A stretch of DNA of 64,000 bases from Phaeosaccion multiseriatum (GCA_965112735.1 OZ218950.1:4154001-4218000), one strand, 5' to 3'. Positions 11,303-25,633 are shown, counted from the stretch's first letter. A program made the numbers and translations. Notes: generated by a model from the sequence alone, not told the origin.

Positions 11303-14300
11303 ATGTCACCTACCGGAGGCGGGCGTGAAGAGCGAGGAGATGCAGCAGGGCGCGCGGCAGCACGAGTAGCAGCTGCAATTGGCGCGGTGGTCACAGAGAA
11401 TGCGGAAGGGATTCTTGCCCCTCCCGTCTCTCCACCTCCGCCGCTTCGTCGCGACAGCGCTGTGACGATCAATCCTCCCTCTACTAATGTGGAGGAAGAG
11501 AGGCAAGAGGGGCGGGGGAGCGGGGGAGACTACATACAGGACGTGCGGGACTCCATTCTTTCTGTGAAGGAGGAGGCGAACAGGGCGCTCGAGCTCTCTA
11601 GGGCGCTCGACCACAGCGGGAATTACGGGGGGGGGGCTCTTGGCAAAGGCGGCAGGGATGATCGAGGTTGGTTTCACGGACGGGGTGGGGTGGGGTGTGG
11701 GAAAGGGGGAGCGGAAGCTGTTTGTGCACCTTCTTGGGCCCCCGTCTGTCTGTGTCTAGGCGGACTTCCGTCTCCTTCTCTCGTTGGAGGCAGCCATGGC
11801 CTGACTTGGGTATTCGGATACGCGCCGAAAACGAATTCTCCCAAGTTGGAGGAGGAAGGAAGGGACTTTCGGGTTGATTTCTCAGTCTCACCCCGGCACT
11901 CCCGTTCTCCCCGTACCCTTCCCACCACCCAATCCACCATTCCCCCGCCCCCCCCACCCCCCCCCATTTCCTTTATTCGTCTTGTCTGTCTGTGAAGACG
12001 ATGCTGGACAAGAGGACCCTACCCCAGGAGCGGCATCATCATCACCATCGATATCGCCGCTACCTCCACCCAGCAAGCTGCAGCAACAGCAGCAATCGCT
12101 CTCCTCCACCATCTCCTCCTCCTCCTCCGCCCCCTCCCTCGATGACCCCGAGCCCCCCCTCCCGCTTCCCAGCAACAGCAGCAGCAGCAGCAGCAGCAAC
12201 GTGCCCGTGCCCAACCGCGACACAGAGGCCGGTCTGCTGGACCAAATCACCGGCATGTACGCCCAACTCAAGAACGTGCGCGAGGCAAGGGAGAAGCTTG
12301 CTTTTCTGCACACCTACGGCAACCCCGGCGTGTCCAACACAAGGCGGCAACGCCTGCTTCTCGTCAGCAGGCGCCTACCCTACAGCCTCATACCGGGCAG
12401 TGACGGCAATTGGAAGGCCAAGTTGCGGCCTCCCGATCAGAGTTTGCACAACCTCAAGGCCGTGCATGCCTCGACTGATGTGGATGTGTTGTGGGTGGGG
12501 TGGCCCGGGTGCCCAAAGCAGGGGAGAATGTCGGGTCTCAAGGGCTTCATGGCGCAGCACCGCATGTACCCCATCTTCCTTGATAGCGACAAAGAAGAGC
12601 AGTTCTATAGCGGGTAAGGAGAGGAGAGGAGAGGAGAGGAGAGGAGAGGAGAGGAGAGACCTCCACTCCCAGCTACACTCTCTGCTGGTCATCATCGGAC
12701 GGACTGACTGACGGGCTGACTGACCAACTCGTCCTGCTTTCCTTCCTTCCTGCCCTCCCCTCCCACCCACCCACCCACCCTCCCTCCCTCTCGACTCCCT
12801 GACACCAGGTACTGCAAGACCATGCTCTGGCCCATGTTCCACAGCACCATGCCTACCACAGAGGACGCCATTGCCGAGAAGAGCGAAGGGCTTGAGCTGG
12901 AGGATGTCAGGGATCGCTCCAAGCTTTGGGCGGCTTACAAGTCCGTCAATCAGTCCTTTGCGGACGGGATTCAGGAGGTAAGAGAGGGCGGGGGGGGGTC
13001 AAGGGGAGGTGGGGAGGAGGTGGAGGAGGTAGAGGGGGGCTCATCCCAATACCCGGGAGTGTGTGTGTGTGTATTTTTGTGTGTATGTGACTCTATTTTT
13101 TTTTTCGGTGTCGGAGAGAATCGTTGCTCTGTCTGATGCAACTTCCCCACCCCCCTATTCACCCCGAACCTCTACTGCACACTGCACAATCCCAATCGGA
13201 TTGGCAAACGAACTCTTATACAAGCCATCTCCTTTCCTCCCTCCCTCCCACTCGCCTTCCCTCCTTCTCTTCCTCCCTCTCTTCCTCCCTCCCTCCCACT
13301 CCCCTTCCCTCCGTTCCTCCCTTCCTCCCTCCCAACCACCCCCCCTTCCTCCCTTCCTACCTGAAACCACCAACCCCCCCCCCCCCCCCAAATCAGATCT
13401 ACCAAAGCGGCGACATGATCTGGGTACACGACTACCACCTCATGATGCTGCCCCAAATCCTGCGCTCCACCCTACCCGACGCCAAGATTAGCTTTTTCCT
13501 CCACCTCCCCTTCCCCTCCAGCGAGATTTACCGCACCCTGACCCACAGAGAGGAGCTGCTGGAGTCGCTTGTCACATGCGATCTCATCGGCTTTCAGACG
13601 TATGACTACGCGAGGCACTTCCTCAGCACTGTTGAGTCGCTGCTCGATGCGGATTGTACGCCACAGGTATGGTGGGGGTAGGTGGGTGGGTAGGGGCATC
13701 CCCCCTCCCTCACCTCCCCCGTCCACTGCCATCCTCTGTGACTTTTCATCCCATTTCACTCACCCCCACCCCCCCCCCCCATTCGGTCCTCCCGCCTCTC
13801 ACGTCCCCTGTGCACTGCCATCACCCCCCCCCCATCCACTGCCATCCCCTCTTCCCCCAGGGGGTGGAGTACAATGGGCACTTTGCCAATGTGGGCATCT
13901 TCCCGGTGGGCATCGACCCCAAGGTCTTTATCGAGAGCGCCAAGAGCCTATCCGTGCAGGTGCGTGCGTGCGATGGGGAGAGGAGAGGGTGAGGAAGAGA
14001 GGGGGAGGGGATGTTATTATTGTTTGTTCTCTACAAGACTTGGGAGGGGATGTGTTATTATTGTTTGTTCTCTACAAGACTTGGAGGTCACTCTCTTCGA
14101 CTCGGAAGAAAACAAATAGAGCAGGGGTAGGCAGGCACCATCATAAGCTTACGATAACTCACACATCGCACACCCACACACGCACACCCATATATACACA
14201 CATACATACGCACACATACACACACATACGCACACACACACACACGCACACGCACATACGCACATCCACACACGCACACACACGCACACGCGCAGCTGCT

Positions 14301-17089
14301 GATGAGTCAGTGGGCCAAGAACTTCCAAGGCAAGACGGTGCTGCTCGGGGTCGATAACCTCGACGCCACTAAGGGCCTCGTGCATAAGTTCCTCGCCGTG
14401 GAGGAGATGTTCGACACCAACATGAACAAGGTGAGTGCGGTGGAGGAATGTGGGATATGAAGGTCGATATTGAGGTATTCAGAGGTCAAGGAGTAGGTAT
14501 AGAGGTATGTAGAGGTATAGAGGTCTATGTAGAGGTATAGAGGTATGTAGAGGTATAGAGGTCTATGTAGAGGTATAAAGGTCGATGGGTATGGAGGTAT
14601 AGAGGTCTATGTAGAGGTATAGATGTCGTGGGTATATAGGTATAGAGGTCTATGTAGAGGTATAGAGGTCGATGGGTATGGAGGTATAGAGGTCTATGCA
14701 GAGGTATAGATGTCGTGGGTATAGAGGTATAGAGGTCTATGTAGAGGTATAGATGTCGTGGGTATATAGGTATAGAGGTCGATGGGTATAGAGGTCGATG
14801 GGTATGGAGGTATAGAGGTACGGAGGTCGATGGGCATACGGGGTTTAGATGTCGATGTTGAGGTATAGATACCGATATTGAGGTCGATATTAAGCCTCTC
14901 CGGCGTTGTGAATATAAACAGGACCTCAACTTGAAGGATAACCTCGTCTTCGTGCAAGTTTGTTTCGGGGGGCGCACCAGTGAGAGGTGAGTAAGCCGCG
15001 GCTCAGAGGGAGGAGGGGGAGAGGGCGAGTGGGAGTGGAAGGAGGATGTGGAGGGGAAAAGGAGCAGGAGAAATCTGCCGTTCAAGCACACAGGCTGGAG
15101 AGTGTTTCCGTGTTTCCTCTCCTCTGTTTCCTCTTGTTAATTCTTAAGGTTGGTTCCCTCCTGTAAGTCAAACCCCCCCCCCCCCCTTTGCTTTTGCTCT
15201 GAATTTTCGCCCATGATGACCACAGAGAGGCGCTTGTGTCGCAGCTGCACGGGATGGTGGGGCGCATCAACTCCAAACTTGCCTCTATCGACGAGGCGGG
15301 CCCCGTGCAGTACTTTGCAGACATCGCGGCAGAGGCAGTGGTGGCCCTCTATTGCCTCGCTGACGTACTCATCATCACGCCCATCAGAGACGGTGGGTAG
15401 GGGAGGGGGGTGGGGGTGTGGGGGGTGCCAGGGTAGAGGATGGGTACGTGGGTGGCGTCGCTGGGTGGCCTTGCCTGCCTCTCTTCTCTCCTTTGAGTAT
15501 TGTATCCCTCCCCTATGTTGTTCGTGCGCCATGTGTGCGTGCTTACACTCGTGCTTCTGTCGTCCTGCTTATGCTTTGTGGCTTGTACCCTTCCCCTTGT
15601 GCCCTGTGCTTGTCTTTCAGGCATGAACACGGTCCCGTTCGAGTACGTAATCTGCAGAGAGGCGCACTCCAAGCCCGCCGCCGTGGTGCTGTCGGAGTTC
15701 GCAGGCTGTGCACGCTCCCTGGGAGGTGCCCTCCTCGTCAACCCCTGGAACACCACAGAAATGGTACGCATGTGCATGTATGGGTGTACCTTTGCACCTT
15801 ACCTTGGGAGACCCAAACTCTGTGCCCTGAGTACCTTGTCCATGTTCCCGTATACTCTACACCTCTTTTCCCTTTATACCCGTACTGTCGTGTCCTACAA
15901 ACCCCATCCCCCCCCCCTTCCCCCATTCCTTGTTCCTGCCCCATTATACCCCATATATCCCATACATCTTACCCTATGCCCCGTACTATGTACTCCATAG
16001 CCTATACCCCATACCCTGTGCCCTATACCTTGTGTTCCTACGCCATTATACCCCATATACCCCATACATCATACCCTATACCCCGTACTATGTAAACCAT
16101 AGCCTATACCCCACACCCTATTCCCTATACCTTGTTCCTGCCCCATTATAACCCATATACCCCATACATAATACCCTATACCCCGTACTATGTACTCCAT
16201 AGACTATACCCCATACCCTGTACCCTATACCTTGTGTTCCTGCCCCACTATACCCCATTTCCTATACCCCATACTATGTAACCCCTACCCTATACCCCAT
16301 ACCCTGTGTGCCCTACACCCCATACCCTTCCAGGTGCAGCAAATCGTGCATGCAGCAAGCACCATGGACCCCCTGGAGAAGGAGAGGCGCCACAAGAACA
16401 TGAGCCGTTACGTCACCGACTTCACCTCCGACCATTGGAGCAGGACCTTCGTCGATCAGCTCAAGGACGGTGGGTGCTTCCGTCCCCCCCTCCTCCTCCC
16501 CCTCTCCCTCCTTCCCCCTCCCCCCCTCTCCCTGCCTTTGCCCACACGTGTGCCCTGTACATACCTGGTTACCCACCCGCTCCAGCTCCTCCCCCTCCCT
16601 CACTCGCCCCCCTCCTCCTCCTCCTCCTCCTCCTCCTCCTCCTCCTCCTCCCCTCAGCCAACGGTAGCACGCAGCGCACCTCCGCTCGCAAGCTCCACGC
16701 CGAACACGTGCTCCAGACCTTTGCCTACTCCAAATGGCGACTCGTCATCCTCAACCTCGAGGGCGTGTTGGTTCGCCACTGCGCTATCCCTGAGCTTGTG
16801 TCCGTCCCCAGAGAGCTTATTCAGAGCCTCACCATCCTGGCGCAAGACCCCACTAACATGGTTGTGGTCAAGAGCCCCAGGGATATGGTTACCATGGAGC
16901 GCTGCCTAGGTGTGTCTGTACGCTAGGGGTGTGTTTGCTGCTGTTGATGCGTGGTGATGGCGTGCTGCTTCTGTATCACCAACCGCTGCTGCTGCTGCTG
17001 GTGGTGGTGGTGGTGGTGGTGGAACTGCGCCTTTCTTCTTGCTCTTGCATGTTGATGACCCGAGCTCCTCTCCTGACCACCCTCTGACC

Positions 17090-17157
<68 letters not shown>

Positions 17158-17888
17158 GCTCGGCTCAGGTGATACAAATTGTGTGCTCGCGGCCGAGCAC
17201 GGCATGTTTATCAAGTGGGGCAAGCACAGTCGTTGGGAGGCCATGGCACCCAACCTCACCCACATGGAGTGGAGGGACGACGTTCAACCGCTGCTGCAGG
17301 TGAGAGAGGGAGGGGAGGAGGGAGGAAGTACGCACGTATACGTACGTACGTCCCCCTTCCCGTCTTTTCTGTAACTGCCAACAACGAACCACGTGAACTG
17401 ACTGCAAACTGTGCAACTCAATTACTGTGTTACCAACTGCAGTACTACACGGAGCGCACCCCTGGCAGCGTGATCGAGGAGAGGGACGGGTCCCTGGCGT
17501 GGCATTATCGAGACTGCGACCTGGGCCACGGGGCATGGCAAGCCAAACAGCTCCATGTGTCACTGCAGCAGGTGTGTGCGCGTCTGTGTCTGTGTGTATA
17601 CATGTGTGTATGCAAGTATGTATGGATATGCGCTTGTATGTATGTGTGCGTGTGTGTGAGCGACCTCCCTTCTCCTGTCGGCTCCTCGGCGCGTGTTGGT
17701 GGTCCGGTAGGCAGCTCGGCCAAGCCCGTTTCCTCTCTATCATGATAGATCTTAATCTTGAGCAACCCCTTCGCTTGCCGCTGCCTCTCTCTCTCTCCTC
17801 TCTCCCTCCCTCCCTCTCTCTCTCTCTCTCCCTCTCTCTCTCTCCCTCTCCCTCTCTCTCCCTTTCTCTCGCTCTCTCTCTCCTCTCT

Positions 17889-17931
<43 letters not shown>

Positions 17932-17979
17932 TCTCTCTCTCCCTCTCTCTCCCTTTCTCTCGCTCTCTCTCTCCTCTCT

Positions 17980-18018
<39 letters not shown>

Positions 18019-18073
18019 TCTCTCTCTCCCTCTCTCTCCCTTTCTCTCGCTCTCTCTCTCCTCTCTCCCTCCC

Positions 18074-18107
<34 letters not shown>

Positions 18108-21100
18108 CCTCTCTCTCTCTCTCCCCCCCTCTCTCTCTGTCTCACCCCTTCCCTCCCAGGTGGCGCGCCAATCTCGCATCGTGGTGTTTGCCGGCGATCG
18201 CATCCTCGAGGTGATGCCCCAAGGAGCCGTCAAGGCGCTCAAGAACTTCGTGCAGGTCCGTAATGAGTGTGTGTGTGTGTGTGTGTGAGTGTGTGTGTGT
18301 GAGTGTGAGTGTGAGTGTGAGTGTGTGTGTGAGTGAGTGTGTGTGTGTGTGTGTGAGTGAGTGAGTGAGTGAGTGTGTGTGTGAGTGAGTGTTTGTGTGT
18401 TTGTGTGTGAGTGAGTGTGAGTGTATGCGCTGTGTGGTGTCGTTCTGGTGCTGCGTTTTCCCTGTAATGGCGTGTGTTTCGTCTTGTATGTATACCCTTT
18501 GAACCCCCTCTTCCCCCCTTTCCGTCGCCCTCGCGCTCGTCCTCTCCTCTTCCCTCCTCTCCTTTCCCCTCCTCTCCCCTCCCCTCTCTCTCCCCTCCCC
18601 CTTCCCCCTCCCCTCCCCTCCTCACCCCAGACTGTGATGGGGCGTATGCAGTATCTGTTAGATCTCCTCACCAGGACTGTTGCTCAGTCAGCCCCAGAGT
18701 TCAGTTTCTCCGTAGCAGGGGTGGATATGGGGGACTTCGACTTCGAAAGTGGGGGAGACGAGCACGAGAGGGTAGGAGCAGGAGGGGCAGAGACAGACAA
18801 CAACGAGAGGAGCGAGGGGGGCCTATCGAATGGGGGCTGGGACGGTGGAGGCAACAGCGTGGACGGACAAAGTGGGGGAGGAGGTGGAAAGGGGGATGGT
18901 GAGGCGTGCGTGGGCATGGGCTCAGAGAACGGCAGTGCAGCTGGCAGTCAGCGTCAGAGGGCCCTGAGGAGGAGCGCGAGTCGAACGGACAGTGCCAATG
19001 GGAGTGGGGGAGAGAGGTCTCGCTCGTACACAGCCGACTCGGCAACAGCAGGAGCCATGGGAACACCCGCGAGTAGTGGGAGGAGGAGTGGGCGGACGTC
19101 TGCGAGTGTGAGCTTGTCACCGCCGGCGAGGGGAAGGAGGCGGGACGTGAGGTCGACATCATCCTTTTCGCCTTCGCCTCCACCTCCTTCAACTGCGGCA
19201 GAGGCAGGGGCCGAGGCCAACGGGGCGGGGGCAGCGGGGGGCGAGGGAAGGGGCGAGGAGGGGCAAGAGGACAGAGGAGGAGGAGGAGGAGGAGGAGGAG
19301 GAGGAGGAGGAGGAGGAGGAGGAGGAGGAGCAGCAGGAGGAGGAGGAGGAGCAGGAGGAGGAGGAGCGGGAGCGGGCTCCCCCATCACAAGCGGGAAGAA
19401 GCGGGGGCGTAGCGCGATGCGAAGATGCTCGAGTGTGGACGCGAATGAGATTAGTCGCTTGCTAGGGAGGGAGTCTCAGTCAAACACAGGGTCCTCTGCG
19501 TCTCCCAAGACAGGAGGGGACCCCAACTGGCAGCAGGGGCAGAGGCAAGGGCAGGGGACACACACCTCGGCGGCGGCGGACCTTGGATGGGGAGGGATGA
19601 GTACTCCCTCCCTGTTCGGCAGCAACAGCCAGCATGGCAGTAACAGCCAGCATGGGAGCAACGGGCAGGGGCACGGGCAGGGGCCCGGGCAGGGGCAGCA
19701 GCAGGACCACAAGCAGGTCCCTGCGGGCAGTCGAGTGACGTCAGAGCTGGTGAGGAGGGGGCTGTGGCAGACTGAGCACGTGGAGGGCATCTTTCGGCTG
19801 GTGCGGCTCGTAGAGGCGGGGATAGAGCTTGAAGCGGCCTCTCACGGCATGCGCACGGCCGGAAACACGCCATCAGGGAGCATTCACGGAGGCAACAGCA
19901 TGATGGCGGGGGGCGGGGTGGGCACGAGCAACATGGGCAATATGAGCAATATGGGCAACATGAGTACGGCCAACACCGCCTCGTGGATAAGCAGCATCGG
20001 CAGTCAGGGCTCTTTGGCTAGTGTGGGAGGAGGAGGAGGAGGAGGAGGGGCTGGGCTCCAGAACGGTGGGGGGGGTGGTATTGGAGGAGGGCTGTCGAAG
20101 GGGATGCTGCTCGGGACTGGAGCGCCGGGGGTCGCTTTCCTGGACTCGACGAGGGAGCTGTGGCAGAGGCAGAGGTAAGAGGTAGAGAGAGAGAGAGAGA
20201 GAGAGAGGAATGTGGGGTCATGATTCTTTCGATCACACATGATGGAAAGAAGGAAGTTGGAAGCAAGGCAGAGGGAACAGGGGCGCGCTTGTGTATTGTG
20301 CGTCCTTCGCCTGCTTTCTTTGCTTCCGTCTCCCTCTTAGGTCGTTTTGCTGCACCCTTTTCCTCACGTCCTTTTTAACCTCGCGCCCCTCCCTCCCTCT
20401 CTCTGTCATCTCTGCGCACCAAAAAAGGGAGGTGAAGGATATGATGCTTCCGGACGCCTCCGGAGGGGTGGATTTCGTGCTGGTGATTGCAAGTGGGAGG
20501 GACCTGAACGACGAGGACATCTTCGAGGCCATGGCACCCCCCGAGTATGACTTTGAGGAATTCATCGAGCAGATGAGGGTAATGCAGCAGGGAGGAGGGG
20601 CCGGAGGAGGGGCAGGGGTAGGGGGGGGGGGAGGTGGGGGTGGCGGGGGTGGAGGAGGAATTGGAGATGACGAGGAGGAGGACGAGGAGGACGAGGAGGA
20701 GGAGGAGGAGGAGGAGGAGGGAGGACGAAGAAGGAGAAGTAGCACAGGAACTGAAACTGGAGGTGCAAGTGGAGATGCGGGCGATGGAAAGGATGGAAAG
20801 GAGGAGGGTGTGGGTGTGGGAAAACAAGGGGAGAGGGGAGAGAGAGAGAGTCCGAGAGAAGGCGTGAAGCGGCCGAGACGGGGGAGTGGTAAAGTTACTG
20901 CCAAGCAGCATGAGCACGCCCTTGAAACGTTTAATAACGGCGCCTTTCGGGAAAAATTCGTCCGCACGGAGGGGCTGATGAACACGGTGGTGACTCAGCA
21001 GCTGGAGGAGAAGAGGGCGGAGCAATGGTCCAAGAGCGTCCAAGAGGAGATGGAGGAAGAGGAGGAGAGGAGGGGAGAAGAAGAAAGGCTCCTTCATCGT

Positions 21101-21146
21101 GCAGAGGATGGGCATGAGGAAGAGAAGGAGAAGGAGAAGGGCAAGG

Positions 21147-21179
<33 letters not shown>

Positions 21180-22980
21180 TGGCGATACCAAAGCATCGGG
21201 AGAAGGAGACGCAGAAGAAGAAAAAGAAAAAGAAAGACTCCGGCGATGTGGAGAACCTTCGCAAGCACGCACTCATGGCCGGTGTGCACGGCGAGCTCGT
21301 GCTTCGAGGCAAGGGGGAGGAAGCGGACGGTTGTGAATGTGGTGACTCGAAAAAGGGAGCCATATCTCGGCGCGAGAAGCTGCACCAACTAGAGCAGCAG
21401 GCGCTTCTGGAGCAGCAGTTACAGGAGAGAGAGCGAATGCATCTAATGTATCAGGAGCAGCGCCAGCGCTACGAGAGCAGTCCAGTGCGCTCCCTCCACA
21501 CCGCCGACAACATGCGCGGCGGCGAGAAGGGGGGAGCAGCAGCAGGGATGAATGGCGGCGGCAGCGGCGGAAAGAAGGGAGCGCCGCTCAAAGGAGGAAG
21601 AGGGGTGGTGGGGGTGCCGATCCCGTCCTCCTCCTGCTCCTCCCCCCCCGTCCCTTCCTCCTCCTCCTCCCCGACCAGCAGCGGAGACAAAAGCAATGGC
21701 TTGGGCTTCGGCTTCGGCTTCGGCGGCCTCCCTCCCGCCTCCGCGAGTGGCTTGGCTGCTGCTGCTGCTGCTTCTGGCAGTGCGCCCGCTGGGACGGCTG
21801 CTTCCGCCCTGCCTGCCGTGAGTCTCAGTGCTAACAGCAATGGTGCCGGGGGTGCCGGTGGACAGAGGAGGAGCTCCACGAGTGCTGTGAGCAGACCCGG
21901 CGCAGCAGTGGCCCCGCTTCGGCACCGAATGACCAACTCAACCTCTGCCGGCTCGCTCGCCTCTGCTGCGGCTGCCGCTGCCGCTGCTGCTGACCCTACG
22001 TCCTTCCGTGTGGGCATGGGCAGAAAGGAAGGAGGAGCAGGAGGAGGAGGAGGAGGAGGAGCAGGAGGGGGTGGAGGGGGTGGTAGTGGTAGTATTGGCA
22101 TAAGTAGCGGTGGGTGGGAAGCAGGGGAGATGGAGCGGGGCAAGTTCGCCCCTCGTCGGGACTACCCGCCGTCCCGCTTGCTCTTCAAGGCCATGCACCT
22201 TAAGGTATGTATGCTTATGTATGTATGTATGTATGTATGTATGTATGTATGTATGTATGTGTGTGTATGTATGTATGTAATGTGTATGTATGTATGTATT
22301 ATGTATGTATGTGTGTATGTATGTATGCATGTATGTATGTATATGTGTATGTATTATGTATGTATGTGTGTATGTATGTATTATGTATGTATGTGTGTAT
22401 TTATGTATTATGTATGTATGTGTGTATGTATGTATTGTGTATGTATGTATTATGTATGTATGTATTTGTGTGTACCCCCTTCCCTTGTGTTTCGTCCCAT
22501 CTCGTCTCTTTTCGTTCCGTTACCCCCTTGTGCATGCTTGCTTCTATCTCTCTTTCTCTCTCCCTCTTCCTCTTGCTTCTATCTCTCTTTCTCTCTCCCT
22601 CTTCCTCTTGCTTCTCTCTCTTTCTCTCTCCCTCTTCCTCTTGCTTCTATCTCTCTTTCTCTCTCCCTCTTCCTCTTGCTTCTATCTCTCTTTCTCTCTC
22701 CCTCTTCCTCTTGCTTCTATCTCTCTTTCTCTCTCCCCCTTCCTCTTGCTTCTCTCTCTTTCTCTCTCCCTCTCCCTCTTGCTTCTCTCCCTTTCTCTCT
22801 CCCTCTCCCTCTTGCTTCTCGCTTGCTCCTCTCCGCTCGACCGACCTCTCCTGAAACGCTCTTATTTTCCCTTGTTCCGTTCCCAAAGTATTTGGGGATT
22901 TCGAGCCCTTGCTCGCTCCTCCACTCACTTTAGCCTCCCCCCCTCGCCGCCCTCCGCCCGCTTGCCGTTCGCCTCTCTCA

Positions 22981-23054
<74 letters not shown>

Positions 23055-23710
23055 ACACACACACACACACGTACACCCCTCTCAACGCAAACGCAGTTCG
23101 GAGATAACTTCGGTCGCCACGACCTGCCGGCCACTGCCGCCGCGTGCTGGGGACTGGTCTGGAGCGCTCAGATGAACACCATGAAAGGCTGGAAGCCGCC
23201 GTCGCTCGTCAGCTCCGCCGACGAGGGTAGCGCCATCGGCCGCGGAAAGGCACAGGCACAGGCCTCTGCCGGGGCGGCCACGGGAGGCTCGGCATCCTCG
23301 TCGTCTTCCTCGGCAGGTGCCGGGGGGACGAGTGGTGGTAGTGCCACAGGAGGGGAAGGAGGAGGGGGTGGCAGCGGCAGCCTGGCGAGCGGCATCAGCG
23401 GCGTAGGGAGAGGTTTGCATCATCAGCTTCAGGCTCAAGCTCAGCAGTCCTCCTCCTCTCGGTCTGCAACCTCTCGGTCGGGCGTCCCTGCGCGGCACCA
23501 TTTGGTGCCATCCCCGCCTCCCTTGCACCCTCCCAGTAAGTCAATGACTGGGGATTGTGTGTGTGCGTGTGAGGGCGCATGAGTAGGTCTGTGTGGCACT
23601 GCTGTGGCACTTCTGTGGCACTTCTGTGGCACTTGTGCTTCGATAATCTGGCCTGCCTACCCTTGCTTTGGATTTCCATCTCACGGCTGGGTCTTCTTCT
23701 TGCTGCTTGG

Positions 23711-23786
<76 letters not shown>

Positions 23787-25633
23787 CCTATTTTGTACCT
23801 TCCTTAATTCACCCACTGATTCTTGTTCCACCACTTTTCTTTGCCACACACCCCTGGTCCCCGAAATGAAATGAAATGATCCATCGAACGAACGAATCAA
23901 CAGAAAGCACACCAGGACGGACGCCACCCCATCCCGCCCACAAGTCCCTCAAGCACGGCTCTGCCAACAGCGGCAGTATCGGCAGCAGCGGCAGTGGCAT
24001 GGACGAGCAGCACTCTCGAGGAAGCGGCGGAAAGGGTTCGTCAAAGGGCACTTCCTCCTCAGAGCGCACGGCCCTCACTCGCTGGGAAGATCGCAATGCC
24101 ACAGAGAGGAGGGGCCGGAGCGGGCCTGTAGAAGTGCTCGTTGGTCTGGGGGGGGCCATACATCACCCTTCTAGTGAGGATCTGAGCCTGATTCTCAAGC
24201 AGGCTGCGGCGGCCTCGGCAGCTTCGGCAGCATCGTTAGCAGCGGCGACGGGGCAAGAAGGGGGAGAGGAGGAGGAGGAGGATGAGGACGATGAGGAGGA
24301 GGATGACGACGAGGAGGACGAGGAGGAGAGGAAGAAGAACGAGAAGGGGGCGGAGAAGGAGAAGGAGGAGGCGGAGGCGGAGGCGGAGGATGAAAATCCT
24401 CTCCAGCCCTCTTCGAGGAAGAAAGTCCTCTCGTCACCGTCGTCGGATGACGATGATCAGGATTCGCTCTCTCCCTTGTCGGCAGCACACAAGCGTCGCT
24501 ACTTCTCGCAGCAAGGAGATGGCGGCGGGGGTGAGCGGAGGATGGGACGAGGAAGAGCAGCGACAGCGAGGAGAACGATTGCCGGGTCACGAGGAGGAGT
24601 AGGAGGAGGAGGGGGGGGGGGGGGACGAGGAGCAGTAGCAGGAGGAGTAGGAGGAGGAGTCACGGCCGTTGTGGGTGCTAGTCATGGTGGAAGAGACAGA
24701 CAAGGCAGCGGGGCAAAGCAGAAGCTGAAGCCTTCGCGAGAGGCAGTATCAGCAGCATCTGCAGCATCAGCAGCGGCGGGGGTGGCGAAGAGCGGAGGTG
24801 GGGGGGGGGGGCTGAGCAGTGGCGACAGCAGAGAACGGACAGCATCAGCACCAGCCGCACCAGGAGGGGGAGGAAGGGGGGGGGGAGGAGGAGAAAGGGT
24901 GGAAAGGGCGAACACTTCAGCAAGGGGAATGAAGGGAAGCAGTGTGGATGCTGACAACGCCGCCTTTGAAGACGACGCTGCCTCTGTCGCTTCGGACACG
25001 TCCATGCCCGCTGCCCCTGTGGAGGCACTTCCCCATCTGCTTGCTCCGGAGAGACGCTTCGAGGTGCCGCTCAACTCTTTCTCCTGCACGGTAGGGGCTC
25101 GGCTTAGCCAGGCAAGCTTCTACGTCAAGAACCAAGCGCACACAGGTGAGTGAGTGAGTGAGTGAGTGAGTGAGTGTGTGAAGATGGGAAGGAATGGGGC
25201 ACCATGGGGGCGAATGGGTGTCGATGGATGGGATGCAAGTATGCGCACACATGTACATCCATCTATCTGGTGGCTGTCTCTTATCCTTGCACGTTCGTAC
25301 AATCCGGTCGAGTGAGAATCGTGTTGCTGTTGTCATCAAGTAGAGGAAGAGCGCCCTCACTCTCGTGGTGCTTACTTGTTCCTGATGCGGCCCCCTCCTC
25401 TCCCCTCCCCTCCCCTCCCCGCATCCCTCTCGCCCCTGCCGACACCACCAGAGGCGCTGCTGCGTGAACTCTCTCTACTGAGCGAGCAGGAGGACCAAGC
25501 AGAAGATCAGGAGTCCTTCGGAGGCGACAACCTCGAGCACATTCCCTACTACTCGACAGTGCACAACACGCAGACCAGGGTGAGTGAGTCATGGAGAGGC
25601 TGCTGAGAGGGGCCGTGGGGCGGGCCCGCGAGT

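Noticed and set aside
17165-18671. Long RE-repeat and SL-repeat ORFs
   Set aside because: They are translations of (CT)n/(GT)n tracts in TPS introns.
22207-23096. Cys/Met/Tyr/Val-rich ORF extensions
   Set aside because: Read-through into a TPS intron made of (GTAT)n, CT-rich and (CA)n repeats.
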